NCBI GenBank assembly: GCA_032250835.1
Contig: JAVVEA010000006.1
Span: forward strand, 32,001-96,000
Direction: 5' to 3'
Length of the DNA: 64,000 bases
Source: a bacterium
GTDB taxonomy: Bacteria; SAR324; XYD2-FULL-50-16
The notes under the pieces were generated by a model. That model was not told the DNA's origin and searched no databases. It saw nothing but the letters and a program-made list of their open reading frames with translations. Position 1 is the stretch's first letter, and every line of letters begins with the position of its first letter. Position numbers and translations under genes: made by a program. This document shows positions 30,209 to 40,049 of this stretch, piece after piece.

Positions 30209-30409
30209 ATGGCCTATCCTTACGGAAACATAAAAATCATCAGAGCAAAATACAAACTTAACGGGACCAACTATTCAAAGCGTTGTAGTGAATGCGGATA
30301 TGAAACGGAGGACTACAACGACAGCCGAGGCGTTCATGTCATAAATATCTGCAAGGCCTGTTCTTACCTCAACCATGTCAACAATGGCGACCAAGAGGTA
30401 TATACCTAA
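30209..30409 (+). CDS. 66-aa zinc-ribbon-like protein
   Basis: ATG 30209 after GGAG; CSEC...CKAC; followed by terminator. Confidence 0.6.
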   Translation: MAYPYGNIKIIRAKYKLNGTNYSKRCSECGYETEDYNDSRGVHVINICKACSYLNHVNNGDQEVYT

Positions 30410-30415
30410 ACGCGA

Positions 30416-30450
30416 AAAAGGCACCGCAGGTTTACTCTACGGTGCCTTTT
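30416..30450. terminator. Bidirectional intrinsic terminator between the zinc-ribbon gene and clpX
   Basis: AAAAGGCACCG...CGGTGCCTTTT inverted repeat. Confidence 0.8.
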
Positions 30451-30471
30451 AATGTCTTGTCGATCAATTGT

Positions 30472-31704
30472 TTAACTGGCCTTAGCGTCCCGATAGACGA
30501 TCAGCGGGTCTTTGCGGCCTTCGATCACCTCTTTGTCCAAAACGATCTCTTGGATGTTGTCCGCCGAGGGGGCTTCGTACATCAAGTTGAGCATGCAGCT
30601 TTCCATGATCGCCCGCAAACCGCGCGCGCCGGTGTTGCGCTCTACCGCCTTCTTGGCAATGGCGCGGATCGCATCGTCTTTGAAGACCACCTGAACCCCG
30701 TCCATGGCCATCAAGCTAGTGTACTGCTTGACCAACGCATTTTTGGGTTCTTTCATGATCATCACCAAGTCGTCTTCGCTCAGGTCTTCTAAGGTGGTCA
30801 CCACCGGCAAACGACCGATAAATTCGGGGATCAGGCCGTACTTAAGCAAGTCTTCGGTTTCCACTTGGGGCAACAGAGATTTGTCGGGCCGCTCGGTTTC
30901 AACTAGCTTGGCCCCAAAGCCCATGGACTTCTTGCCGACCCGCTCGTTGATCACGTCACTTAAACCCACGAAAGCCCCACCGCAGATGAAGAGGATGTTG
31001 CTGGTGTCTACCTGCAAAAACTCCTGTTGCGGGTGCTTGCGTCCGCCCTGGGGGGGGATGTTGGCCACCGTGCCTTCAATGATCTTTAATAAAGCTTGCT
31101 GTACGCCTTCACCAGAAACGTCGCGGGTGATCGAAACGTTTTCGGATTTGCGGGTGATCTTGTCGATTTCGTCGATGTAGACAATCCCGCGTTGGGCCTG
31201 TTCGATGTCATAATCCGAAGCCTGCAACAGCTTGAGGATGATGTTCTCTACGTCTTCGCCCACATAACCAGCTTCGGTTAAGGTGGTGGCGTCGGCCATG
31301 GCAAAGGGAACTCGCAGGATACGCGCTAAGGTCTGGGCCAACAGGGTCTTGCCGGTACCCGTCGGGCCGATCAAGAGGACGTTGGATTTAGAGAGCTCGA
31401 CCTCACCTGTCTTGGGCAGGTTGTAGATCTTTTTGTAATGGTTGTAGACCGCTACCGAAAGGGTCTTCTTGGCTTCGGTTTGGCCGATCACATAATCGTC
31501 CAAAATAGCCTTGATTTCCTTCGGTTTGAGCAGCTCTTCGCCTTGTTCGGCGGGCTTTTCCTTGGCGCGCTCTTCTTCGATGATGTCGTTGCAAAGCTCG
31601 ATGCATTCATCGCAGATATAGACCGCCGGTCCTGCAATGATCTTCTCGACTTCTTCTTGCGACTTGCCGCAAAAGGAGCAGCGGAGCGTCGTTTCCTTAG
31701 CCAT
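30472..31704 (-). CDS. clpX: ATP-dependent Clp protease ATP-binding subunit ClpX
   Basis: Zinc-binding CSFC...ICDEC; Walker [32 protein letters not shown] loop. Confidence 0.98.
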   Translation of the reverse strand: MAKETTLRCSFCGKSQEEVEKIIAGPAVYICDECIELCNDIIEEERAKEKPAEQGEELLKPKEIKAILDDYVIGQTEAKKTLSVAVYNHYKKIYNLPKTGEVELSKSNVLLIGPTGTGKTLLAQTLARILRVPFAMADATTLTEAGYVGEDVENIILKLLQASDYDIEQAQRGIVYIDEIDKITRKSENVSITRDVSGEGVQQALLKIIEGTVANIPPQGGRKHPQQEFLQVDTSNILFICGGAFVGLSDVINERVGKKSMGFGAKLVETERPDKSLLPQVETEDLLKYGLIPEFIGRLPVVTTLEDLSEDDLVMIMKEPKNALVKQYTSLMAMDGVQVVFKDDAIRAIAKKAVERNTGARGLRAIMESCMLNLMYEAPSADNIQEIVLDKEVIEGRKDPLIVYRDAKAS

Positions 31705-31712
31705 ATTGGCCC

Positions 31713-32300
31713 CTAGTCTTGGGTTCGTTTGGTCATCGTCACGTCGATCAGTCCGTATTTTACCGCTTCTTCGCCGGTAAGGAAATAGTCTCTTTCGGTA
31801 TCGTTTTGGATCTTTTTGAGATCTTGGCCGGTGTGCTCGACCAGGATTTCATTGATCCGGTTTTTAATCCGTACGTTTTCTTTCGTTTGGATTTCGATAT
31901 CCGAAGCCTGACCGCCAATACCGCCGATAGGCTGGCGTAAATGGACCGTAGAGTTAGGTAATGCAATCCGTTTGCCCTTTGTGCCTGCCGCCAGTAAGAG
32001 AGCGGCAATATTTCGGGCCTGACCGACGCAGATCGTTTGCACCTGGGGCCGGATGTATTGCATGGTGTCGTAGAGCGCCAAACCGGCGTTGACCGAACCG
32101 CCGTAGCTGTTGATGTAGAGGCTGATGTCCGCATCGGGCTTGTCGGCTTCTAAAAACAGCAACTGGGCGATGATCACGTTAGCGGTGTAGGAGTTGACCT
32201 CTTCACCTAAAAAGATGATGCGGTCTTTGAGCAGCCTAGAATAGATGTCGTAGGTCCGCTCACCCCGGTTGGTTTGCTCAATAACGTAAGGGATGCTCAT
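31713..32300 (-). CDS. clpP: ClpP-family subunit with substituted catalytic residues (ClpR-like)
   Basis: [14 protein letters not shown] and ERDYFL motifs, but GQARNI replaces GQAASM and VHLRQP replaces MIHQP. Confidence 0.9.
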   Translation of the reverse strand: MSIPYVIEQTNRGERTYDIYSRLLKDRIIFLGEEVNSYTANVIIAQLLFLEADKPDADISLYINSYGGSVNAGLALYDTMQYIRPQVQTICVGQARNIAALLLAAGTKGKRIALPNSTVHLRQPIGGIGGQASDIEIQTKENVRIKNRINEILVEHTGQDLKKIQNDTERDYFLTGEEAVKYGLIDVTMTKRTQD

Positions 32301-33550
32301 TTGAGGATCTCAGCAACGAGTTGATCCAAGACCATCTCTTCGGCGGTGGTCTGGTAAATATCATTATAAAACTGGCGGCCGTAATCGGTGCGGATCAGTT
32401 CCATCGGATTTTGGCCCATCATCTGGCACTGCATGCCGAAGCGCTGCCAGATGTTGTTGTCATCGGGCTTGAGTTCCTTTTCGTCCATGTAGCGATGGAC
32501 AAAGCGGTTCAGGCGCAGATAACCGTCGGCCTCTTTTTGGGCTTGGGGCTTGAGGTCTTCTTCAGATTTGTCGGCGTTTTCGGGTTGGTTTTTGAGCTGG
32601 TGGACCCGAAATTCCACTTCCGAAGCTTGCAGGCTGGCCGGTAATTGGAAGTCCAATTTCTCGACGATTTGCTTGCGCAGCTCTTCGCGGTAGTGGTGCG
32701 ATTGCTCGCGCTCTTTGATTTCCTTAAGTTCGTCTTCGACCATCTGGTCGAATTCAGCCTCGGTGTTTACCTTGTCCCCGAATCGCTCTAAAAACTTCTC
32801 GTCGATGGCGGGCAGCACACGGGCTTGGACTTCCTGAACCGTTACTTCAAAGCTGGCTTTTTTGCCTTTGAAGCGGTCTTCGGGGTGGTCTTCGGGGAGC
32901 GTGGTTTCAAACTCTTTGCTCTCGCCTTTAGAAAGGCCCAAGATGGCCGATTCAAAAGCTTCGATCAATTGGCCGTTGCCCAAGACGACTTTAAATCCTT
33001 CTTGGTTTACCTCTTCGCCGTCCTCGGTTTTGCCTTTAAAGTCCACCGTCACTTGGTCGCCCGCAGCGGCGGGGCCGTCTTTGTCGCTCAACTCGGCCGA
33101 TTGGCCTAGGTGGTGGTCGCGGCGCACTTTGCGCTCGTCGTCGCTGATGGTGACTTCTTTGACGTCTAGTTTGAAGTCTTTGGGCTCAAGCAAGCTGAAT
33201 TCAGGCCAGACTTCTAGGGTGGCGGTGAAGACAAAGGGTTTGCCTTTTTCCACTTCCAGGTCGGCGAATTCGGGCTGGATCGCCGGGGCGATGCTTTCCT
33301 TGGCTACGGCTTTTTCGTAGTACTGGGGGACCAATGTTTCCATGGCCTCTTCCTTCATGTACTTAGAAAAGCGCTTCTCCAACAGCGTTTGGGGCATCTT
33401 GCCCTTGCGGAAGCCGTTGACCCGGACTTTGTTTTTGATGTCGCCATAGCTTTTGTCATAGGCGGCTTTGACCTCTTCGGGAGGTACGGTAATGGTCAAC
33501 TTAAGTTTTAAGTCACCCAGGTCTTCGCGCTGTACGTTAAAGGTATCCAT
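32297..33550 (-). CDS. tig: Trigger factor
   Basis: GFRKGK ribosome-binding motif; FKBP domain; upstream of clpP-clpX. Confidence 0.95.
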   Translation of the reverse strand: MDTFNVQREDLGDLKLKLTITVPPEEVKAAYDKSYGDIKNKVRVNGFRKGKMPQTLLEKRFSKYMKEEAMETLVPQYYEKAVAKESIAPAIQPEFADLEVEKGKPFVFTATLEVWPEFSLLEPKDFKLDVKEVTISDDERKVRRDHHLGQSAELSDKDGPAAAGDQVTVDFKGKTEDGEEVNQEGFKVVLGNGQLIEAFESAILGLSKGESKEFETTLPEDHPEDRFKGKKASFEVTVQEVQARVLPAIDEKFLERFGDKVNTEAEFDQMVEDELKEIKEREQSHHYREELRKQIVEKLDFQLPASLQASEVEFRVHQLKNQPENADKSEEDLKPQAQKEADGYLRLNRFVHRYMDEKELKPDDNNIWQRFGMQCQMMGQNPMELIRTDYGRQFYNDIYQTTAEEMVLDQLVAEILK

Positions 33551-33737
33551 CGAGGCAGGTAGTCAGGAAAAGGTTGCCCACAAGGGGGATGCTGGTTCTT
33601 CAAAAGACCAGAGTCGGTCTTTTTGGCTAAAAAGTCAATTCTCTTAGGTCCCAAGCCGCCTCGGTAAATTTAGGTACCAAGGAGCCCGCCCGTATTGGCG
33701 GCGGGGTCTGCAAAAGAGGAACAAAAAAGGCGGGGCT

Positions 33738-34400
33738 TTAAGCGAAGTGGCGGCGGCGGAAGCCCCAGTAGGCGAGGCCCATGGCCAGGGTGTAAAGCGC
33801 ACTGACCAAAAAGGCGGTCTGTCCGATCCAGCCCCAGGTCAGTCCCCCGGCAATTCCGCCGCAGAGGAATCCTAAGATTAAGGTCAAGTAAAGTATGGTC
33901 CGCTCCCCGTCCATTTTTCGTTCGCGCAGACCCCGACCAATGGCTAGGCCCAGGTCGGTCAAGACGCCGGTCAGGTGGGTGGTGCGGATGACGGCTTTAG
34001 AGTGGGCGGTAAACAGGCCGTTTTGCAAACCGCAAGCGACACTGAGCGGGAACAAGCCAGTGTGGCTGCCTTGCTTGAAAAGGTAATAGGCAAAAAAGAT
34101 CAAGCAGGCCTCAACCCAAAGGGCTATGCCGTAGCGTTTGTGGGGGTTAAACTTGCCGCCGCCCATGGCCAAACCCGAACCCACTGCGCCGCACAAAAAA
34201 CCGACCAAAACCCAAAAAGCGGTCCAGGGGGCGTTGCCGAAACTGAGTTGTAAGCTTAAATGACTGACCGTACCGGTCACGTGGCTAACCCCTTGGTGTA
34301 AGGGCTCGATGATCGAAAGGGCGTTCAGGTAGCCCGCGTTGGCGCTGAGGGCTGGGCCTAAAAGTAGCGGGGTATGACGGATTACAAAGGGTTGAGACAC
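33738..34400 (-). CDS. YoaK/DUF1275 family membrane protein
   Basis: AGYLNA, SHVTG, GLQNG and IRTTHLTG motifs. Confidence 0.85.
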   Translation of the reverse strand: MSQPFVIRHTPLLLGPALSANAGYLNALSIIEPLHQGVSHVTGTVSHLSLQLSFGNAPWTAFWVLVGFLCGAVGSGLAMGGGKFNPHKRYGIALWVEACLIFFAYYLFKQGSHTGLFPLSVACGLQNGLFTAHSKAVIRTTHLTGVLTDLGLAIGRGLRERKMDGERTILYLTLILGFLCGGIAGGLTWGWIGQTAFLVSALYTLAMGLAYWGFRRRHFA

Positions 34401-34433
34401 GGGCTCCTTCTGGGTACCGGGCGTCTAAACGGA

Positions 34434-34468
34434 AAAAGGGAGGCTCCCGGTAGGGGAACCTCCCTTTT
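34434..34468 (-). terminator. Intrinsic terminator downstream of the tRNA operon
   Basis: AAAAGGGAGG...CCTCCCTTTT inverted repeat. Confidence 0.8.
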
Positions 34469-34476
34469 GATCCGTT

Positions 34477-34552
<76 letters not shown>

Positions 34553-34589
34553 CCCTAAGGGGACTTGGGGCCCATCTGGGCCGTAATGC

Positions 34590-34674
34590 TGGTGCGAGAG
34601 GAGAGACTTGAACTCTCACATCCGAAGATACCAGATCCTAAATCTGGCGCGTCTGCCAATTCCGCCACTCTCGC
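34590..34674 (-). tRNA. tRNA-Leu(TAG)
   Basis: CCAGA-TTTAGGA-TCTGG anticodon arm; long variable arm; CCA. Confidence 0.93.
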
Positions 34675-34717
34675 AAAGAGGGGGTTCTCCTAAGGTCTGG
34701 CTAGGAGCATTAAAATG

Positions 34718-34804
34718 TGGTGCGAGAGAAGAGACTTGAACTCCCACGTCCTTACGGACACATGGACCTGAACCATGCGCGTCTGCCAATTCCGCCACTC
34801 TCGC
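34718..34804 (-). tRNA. tRNA-Leu(CAG)
   Basis: CATGG-TTCAGGT-CCATG anticodon arm; long variable arm; CCA. Confidence 0.93.
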
Positions 34805-34831
34805 ACAACAGACTGGTCGTATTCTACGTAC

Positions 34832-34908
34832 TGGCGCGCCTGGTAGGATTCGAACCTACGACCTTTGGATTCGAAGTCCACTACTCTATCCAGCTGAGCT
34901 ACAAGCGC
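34832..34908 (-). tRNA. tRNA-Arg(TCG)
   Basis: TGGA-CTTCGAA-TCCA anticodon arm; GGTTCGAATCC; GCCA end. Confidence 0.92.
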
Positions 34909-34919
34909 GCTTCAACTTT

Positions 34920-34996
34920 TGGGGCGAATGACGAGGCTTGAACTCGCGACATCCGGAGCCACAATCCGGTGCTCTACCAACTGAGCTACATCCGCC
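34920..34996 (-). tRNA. tRNA-His(GTG), with encoded G-1
   Basis: CCGGA-TTGTGGC-TCCGG anticodon arm; G-1/C73; CCA. Confidence 0.93.
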
Positions 34997-35009
34997 ATCA
35001 ACTTTATAA

Positions 35010-35086
35010 TGGCACGCCCGAGACGATTCGAACGTCCGACCTACTGATTAGAAGTCAGTTGCTCTATCCAACTGAGCTACGGGCGC
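35010..35086 (-). tRNA. tRNA-Arg(TCT)
   Basis: ACTGA-CTTCTAA-TCAGT anticodon arm; GCCA end. Confidence 0.95.
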
Positions 35087-35094
35087 ATAATCTT

Positions 35095-35172
<78 letters not shown>

Positions 35173-35239
35173 AAACCCAAGGAAGAGGCCAGCTTGCCCT
35201 AAGAGAAAACCTTCGTCAACGAAAATTCCAACCCTTGGT

Positions 35240-35965
35240 TTACCGCCTGCCTTGGGCGATGGCTTCTAGCTGCGCGGCGAAATGACCCTTAAGGCCCGCA
35301 GTGGCAAGCTCAAACATTCCGTTCATTTGTGCGGCACTAAAGGGCTCTCCCTCGGCGGTGCCTTGCACCTCAACAATCCCCCCGGTGGCCGTCATCACCA
35401 AGTTCATGTCCACCTCGGCTTGGGAATCTTCTAAATAGTCTAGATCCAGCAGGATCCGGTTCTCTAAGATTCCTAGGCTGACCGCCGCCACTTGGCCCTT
35501 TAGGGGATTGCTAATAAAGCTTACACCGGAACTTTTTAAATGATCAAGGGCCATTGCCAGCGCCACATAGGCCCCGGTGATCGAGGCCGTACGGGTGCCG
35601 CCATCGGCTTGGATCACGTCGCAGTCTAAGGTGATGGTCCGCTCGCCTAGGGCCTTTAAGTCGACCACCGAACGTAGACTGCGGCCAATCAGGCGTTGGA
35701 TTTCTAAGGTTCGCCCTGAAACCTGCCCGCCCCGGTCCCGCCGGACGCGCTGGTTGGTGGCCCTGGGTAACATCGAATATTCAGCAGTTACCCAGCCTTG
35801 GTCCTGGCCTTTTAAAAAGGGCGGAACCCGCTCTTCGACGCTGGCGGTGCAGATCACCTGGGTTTGGCCGGAGCATATCAAAACCGAGCCTTCGGCTTGG
35901 TTGGTGAAGTGTGGGGTGATGCTCAGGTTGCGGCATTGTTGGTCTGAACGATTTTCGCTTCGCAT
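35240..35965 (-). CDS. rph: Ribonuclease PH
   Basis: [42 protein letters not shown]. Start placed at ATG 35965. Confidence 0.97.
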   Translation of the reverse strand: MRSENRSDQQCRNLSITPHFTNQAEGSVLICSGQTQVICTASVEERVPPFLKGQDQGWVTAEYSMLPRATNQRVRRDRGGQVSGRTLEIQRLIGRSLRSVVDLKALGERTITLDCDVIQADGGTRTASITGAYVALAMALDHLKSSGVSFISNPLKGQVAAVSLGILENRILLDLDYLEDSQAEVDMNLVMTATGGIVEVQGTAEGEPFSAAQMNGMFELATAGLKGHFAAQLEAIAQGRR

Positions 35966-36098
35966 AGTTCTTTTTGCTGAGGTCATGGGGGCAAGGGAGG
36001 TTCCCGTTGGGCATCTAGGGCGCAGCGGTCCCTAAAGGCCTTGCCTTGGGGATTGCTTCGCTTTAGAATCTTGTTTCAAGGCCCTATTGGGGTCCTGT

Positions 36099-36437
36099 TT
36101 ACTGGCTCCACCAAATCTCTCGGGCGAAGCTGGGCGGTAGCTGTGTCCCCGCCCGCTGCGCGAGTAGGAGCAGTTTGGAGACCAAACGCCGGGTGATCGA
36201 ATAAACCCGGAAGTCTGGGCAATGACGGTCCTTGTTCTTTTCGGTGGCATAGGCGCAATCGATCCATTTCCATTTGCGCTTTTGCGAAAAGGGCAGGTCC
36301 TGCTGGAATATTTTCTGGGCCCCTTTCAAGCAAGCCGGGCGTGTCCGGCCTGTTTTATAAGGAAAAGGTGCCAGATAATAACGACAATATTCACAGCCCG
36401 GATTTTTTAAAACAATCGGTTTTATGAGCTGCGCCAT
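36099..36437 (-). CDS. Small Cys-containing hypothetical protein
   Basis: 112 aa; CEYC...C...C...C; basic. Confidence 0.5.
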   Translation of the reverse strand: MAQLIKPIVLKNPGCEYCRYYLAPFPYKTGRTRPACLKGAQKIFQQDLPFSQKRKWKWIDCAYATEKNKDRHCPDFRVYSITRRLVSKLLLLAQRAGTQLPPSFAREIWWSQ

Positions 36438-36443
36438 ATCCCT

Positions 36444-39356
36444 ATGAGCAAACGTTACCTGATCTCTCTCGCCCTGGTGCTGGTTGCAGCCGGGTTTAGC
36501 TATCGGTTTTTCGCCCCCCGCCCCGCCACGGTGGTCAAAAGCCCCATGGATTCCAAGCTATACCGCTCCTTGGTTTTAGACAACGGCCTCAAGGTGCTTT
36601 TAGTCTCCAACCCCAAGGCAGACCAAGCCGCCGCGAGCCTCGCCGTGAGCGTCGGCCAATTCCAAGACCCCGCCCACCGCCAAGGTTTAGCCCACTATTT
36701 AGAACATATGTTGTTCCTGGGTAATCAGGCCTACCCGGACCCCGAGGGCTTCGGTAAGTTTTTGTCCGAAAACGGAGGCAGCACCAACGCCTTCACGGCC
36801 CTAGAAGACACCAATTTTCACTTTGTGGTCAACCGGGACCACCTACAAGGGGCCTTAGAGCGGTTCAGCCAGTTTTTTATCAGCCCTCTGTTCACCGCCG
36901 AGTTAGCAGGGCGCGAAGTCAACGCCGTCAACTCCGAGCACCAAAAGAACCTACAAAACGACTTCCGGCGCATGTTTGAGGTGCAAAAGTCGGGCTTTAA
37001 CCCTGAGCACCCCATGAGCCGCTTTGGCACCGGGTCTTTGGAATCATTAGGCGGCGAAAATCTGGACCAGACCCAACTACAAAAAGACCTGCGCCAGTTT
37101 TTTGAAACCCAGTACTCGGCCGATAAAATGAGTTTGGCGCTGCTGGGCGTCGAAAGCTTAGACCAACTCGAAGCCATGGCCCGCGGATTCTTTTCGGCGG
37201 TGCCGCGCAAAGTGACGCCTAAGCGCGAATACTTAGAAATCCCCCCGGTGACCGCGCCCTTGCCCCGGTTGGTCAAAATTGAACCGGTCCAAGAACAGCG
37301 CTGGCTCAAGCTCTCTTGGGTGATCGACTCACAGAAGAAAAACTTCCGCAGCCGTCCGGGCGAATTGATCAGCCACCTTTTGGGGCACGAAGGCCCCGGT
37401 AGCCTGCTGTCTTATTATAAGGCCCAAGGCTGGGCCGCTAAATTGACGGCAAGCCCCAGCTTCAATACCGACGACTTCACCCTTTTTGAGTTGCATATCG
37501 AGGTCACTCCCTCGGGTCTGGAACATTGGCCTGAGATGGTGGAGACGGCCTTCGCCTTTTTGAAAAAAATCGAGCAGACCAAAGCCCAAGACCTACAAAC
37601 CTATCAAGACGAACTGGACCGGATCGGCCAGTTACAGTTTAAGTTCCTCGACGAACAGGCTCCCTTAGATTTTGTGACCCGGTTGGCTTCGCAGTTGCAA
37701 GATGTCCCGGCTGCTGAAGTGTTGGAGCAGCCCTATCGATACGCTCCCCTAAAGTCGGGCGAAGTGGCGGCGCTGTTGGGCCAGCTTTTGCCGGAACGCT
37801 TGAGCGTTTATCTGGTCGCTAAGGGGTTCGTTACCGACCAGACCGAACCTAGATACGGCACCCAATACCAGCAAGAGGCCATCAAGGCCGATCTGCTGGC
37901 TCGTTGGGAACAGCCCAAATCCCCGCAATCCTTGGCTTTAGCTGAACCTAACCCCTTCATCCCGAAGAAAGTGGAGTTGGTCGCGCGGGACCAAACCAGC
38001 GACGAGCCTAAACTACTGGCCGATCAGGCGGGGCTGAGGGTTTGGTTCCAACAGGACCCTGGCTTTGATACCCCTAAGGTGCGGTTGGCCGCCTCGATCC
38101 GCTCCCCTATCGCCTACGACAACCCGAGACATGCCGCCTTGACGCGGCTCTATACGCAGTTGGTTCAAGAGCGGATGAACGAATATGCCTACGCCGCCAG
38201 TCTGGCGGGCCTAACCTACCGCATCCAAAACGACACCCAGGGGCTGATTTTGGTGATGGAGGGTTACCCGGACACGCTGGGCAAGCTCTTCACGAGGCTG
38301 CTGTCTGAGATGCGCCTCAGTGAGGTTTCGCCCCAGCGCTTTGAACTGCTCAAACGGGAGCTTAAAGAAGACCGACTCAACCAAGAGCGGCGTCAGGCCT
38401 TCCACCGCGCCATTTACGAAGGCCAATATCTGTTGAGCCAACAACTCTGGCACAATCGGGATTATCTGGCGGTGATCGATGACCTGACCCGCGCCGACTT
38501 GCAGGACTTTATTCCTCAGCTGTTGGGGGCCCTGCGGCTAGAGACCCTGTTGATGGGGAACTTAAACCGCGACGACGCCCTGTCTCTTTCTAAAGCTTTA
38601 CAAGATGGGTTGGCGTCCAAGCCGCTGGGTCTTGAGACCATTCCGGTCGAACGGATCGCCAGGCTGCCGCCTGGAAAACCCCAAGCCCTGGCCTTTGAGG
38701 TCCTAGACGTCAATTCGGCCATTGAGATGGTTTTTCAAGCAGGGCCCACTTCGGACCAGAAAGCCGCCGAGATGTTGCTACTGACCCAAATCTTAGAGAA
38801 GCCCTTTTACCACCAACTACGCACCACCGAACAGTTGGGTTATGTGGTCTGGTCTATGCGCCAACGGCAGCAGAACGTCGAGAGTTTGGTCTTGATCATC
38901 CAAAGCAACGTGAAGCGCCCGCCTTACCTACGGCAACGGATTTTGAGCTTTTTAGAACAATTTGCCGCTCAGTTAGAACAGATGCCCACCGAGGCATTTG
39001 AGCGCCACCGCAAGGCTTTGGCCGCTGAGCTGAGCCAAGATCCGAAGAATCTGGACGAAGCCCTGCGCGAGTCCTGGGGGCGCATCCAGGACGGGAACTA
39101 TGACTTTAAAGAAAAGGACCGGCTGATCGCCCAGTTGGATGCCCTAAGCCCCCCATTGCTCGCCCAGAGGTTGCGTGATTTAGTCTTTTCGCAGCAAAGA
39201 CAGGTGCTTTCGGTGGACGCCTTTGCCGCCGGGCACAAGCCCCGAGGCGCTGATTGGCCGTTGATTCAAGGAGTCCCCCAACACAAGTTAACGCAGCCCT
39301 ATTACCCTAACCCTGTGGGCCAACCCTCTTTAAGCCAAGGCCATGGATCTGACTAA
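36444..39356 (+). CDS. M16A insulinase/pitrilysin-family zinc metallopeptidase
   Basis: N-terminal signal/TM; GLAHYLEHMLF inverted HxxEH; NAFT; LRTTEQLGYVV. Confidence 0.93.
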   Translation: MSKRYLISLALVLVAAGFSYRFFAPRPATVVKSPMDSKLYRSLVLDNGLKVLLVSNPKADQAAASLAVSVGQFQDPAHRQGLAHYLEHMLFLGNQAYPDPEGFGKFLSENGGSTNAFTALEDTNFHFVVNRDHLQGALERFSQFFISPLFTAELAGREVNAVNSEHQKNLQNDFRRMFEVQKSGFNPEHPMSRFGTGSLESLGGENLDQTQLQKDLRQFFETQYSADKMSLALLGVESLDQLEAMARGFFSAVPRKVTPKREYLEIPPVTAPLPRLVKIEPVQEQRWLKLSWVIDSQKKNFRSRPGELISHLLGHEGPGSLLSYYKAQGWAAKLTASPSFNTDDFTLFELHIEVTPSGLEHWPEMVETAFAFLKKIEQTKAQDLQTYQDELDRIGQLQFKFLDEQAPLDFVTRLASQLQDVPAAEVLEQPYRYAPLKSGEVAALLGQLLPERLSVYLVAKGFVTDQTEPRYGTQYQQEAIKADLLARWEQPKSPQSLALAEPNPFIPKKVELVARDQTSDEPKLLADQAGLRVWFQQDPGFDTPKVRLAASIRSPIAYDNPRHAALTRLYTQLVQERMNEYAYAASLAGLTYRIQNDTQGLILVMEGYPDTLGKLFTRLLSEMRLSEVSPQRFELLKRELKEDRLNQERRQAFHRAIYEGQYLLSQQLWHNRDYLAVIDDLTRADLQDFIPQLLGALRLETLLMGNLNRDDALSLSKALQDGLASKPLGLETIPVERIARLPPGKPQALAFEVLDVNSAIEMVFQAGPTSDQKAAEMLLLTQILEKPFYHQLRTTEQLGYVVWSMRQRQQNVESLVLIIQSNVKRPPYLRQRILSFLEQFAAQLEQMPTEAFERHRKALAAELSQDPKNLDEALRESWGRIQDGNYDFKEKDRLIAQLDALSPPLLAQRLRDLVFSQQRQVLSVDAFAAGHKPRGADWPLIQGVPQHKLTQPYYPNPVGQPSLSQGHGSD

Positions 39357-39684
39357 GCTACCTAAAGAAAAGACGCCCGAACTACAACAGATCCAAGACC
39401 GGCTGGCCGATGCGATCCGAGCAGTGATCAACCAGCAGGTCGCCGAAAAGGACCCGCCTGAAACCTTGCTGACCTTAGAGCGGTTGCAGGAAGAGGGCTT
39501 TAGCGAAGATGAAGCCTGGGGCTTGGTGGGCCAAGTGGTCAGTCTAGAAGTGGCCGAAATGTTCGCCGGAAGGGGTGGGATTGAGTTGGAACGGTTTAAG
39601 GCGTCTTTGGAGCTTTTGCCTAAGCCCTTTGCAGAACCCAAAGGGGGCCAGGGAGACGAAGAAACCCCGATTGGATTACCATGA
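39343..39684 (+). CDS. Hypothetical protein
   Basis: 113-aa helical ORF overlapping both neighbours; NQ...DPPET...RL...G motif. Confidence 0.7.
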   Translation: MDLTKLPKEKTPELQQIQDRLADAIRAVINQQVAEKDPPETLLTLERLQEEGFSEDEAWGLVGQVVSLEVAEMFAGRGGIELERFKASLELLPKPFAEPKGGQGDEETPIGLP

Positions 39685-40049
39685 TTTTCTTGGGGTTTTT
39701 AGGGCTTTCGGCGCTGTTATTTTTTGATTTGGTTTTTTTGATGCTCTTGGCCCAGGGGCCGGGATTATGGTTGGTTGGCCTAACCCAAGGGGCGGGGCTG
39801 CTCTATGGAGCTTGGCAGCTGCGGGGCCGGGATCAATCCTTATTGTTTTATCTGGAGATTCAATGGAGCCAGGGCGAGCCGGTAGTGGCCGAACTATGGG
39901 AGGAAGGGCTGATTTTGTTGGCCTGTTACGGGCTGATGATTCCAGGCTTCTTGAGCGATCTCTTCGCCTTGTTGGTGCTGATTCCTGCAACCCGCAAGTC
40001 GGTCTTCGAGGGGTTGTGCCATTTTTTTGCCCGACTGGCCGGCAAATGA
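39681..40049 (+). CDS. fxsA: FxsA-family membrane protein
   Basis: LMIPGFLSDLFALLVLIP resembles the FxsA PGFLTD motif. Confidence 0.7.
   Translation: MIFLGFLGLSALLFFDLVFLMLLAQGPGLWLVGLTQGAGLLYGAWQLRGRDQSLLFYLEIQWSQGEPVVAELWEEGLILLACYGLMIPGFLSDLFALLVLIPATRKSVFEGLCHFFARLAGK

Noticed and set aside
39767-40045. N-terminal extension of the S41 protease in the ORF track
   Set aside because: It overlaps fxsA, and ATG 40046 gives a proper signal peptide with a 4-bp overlap.
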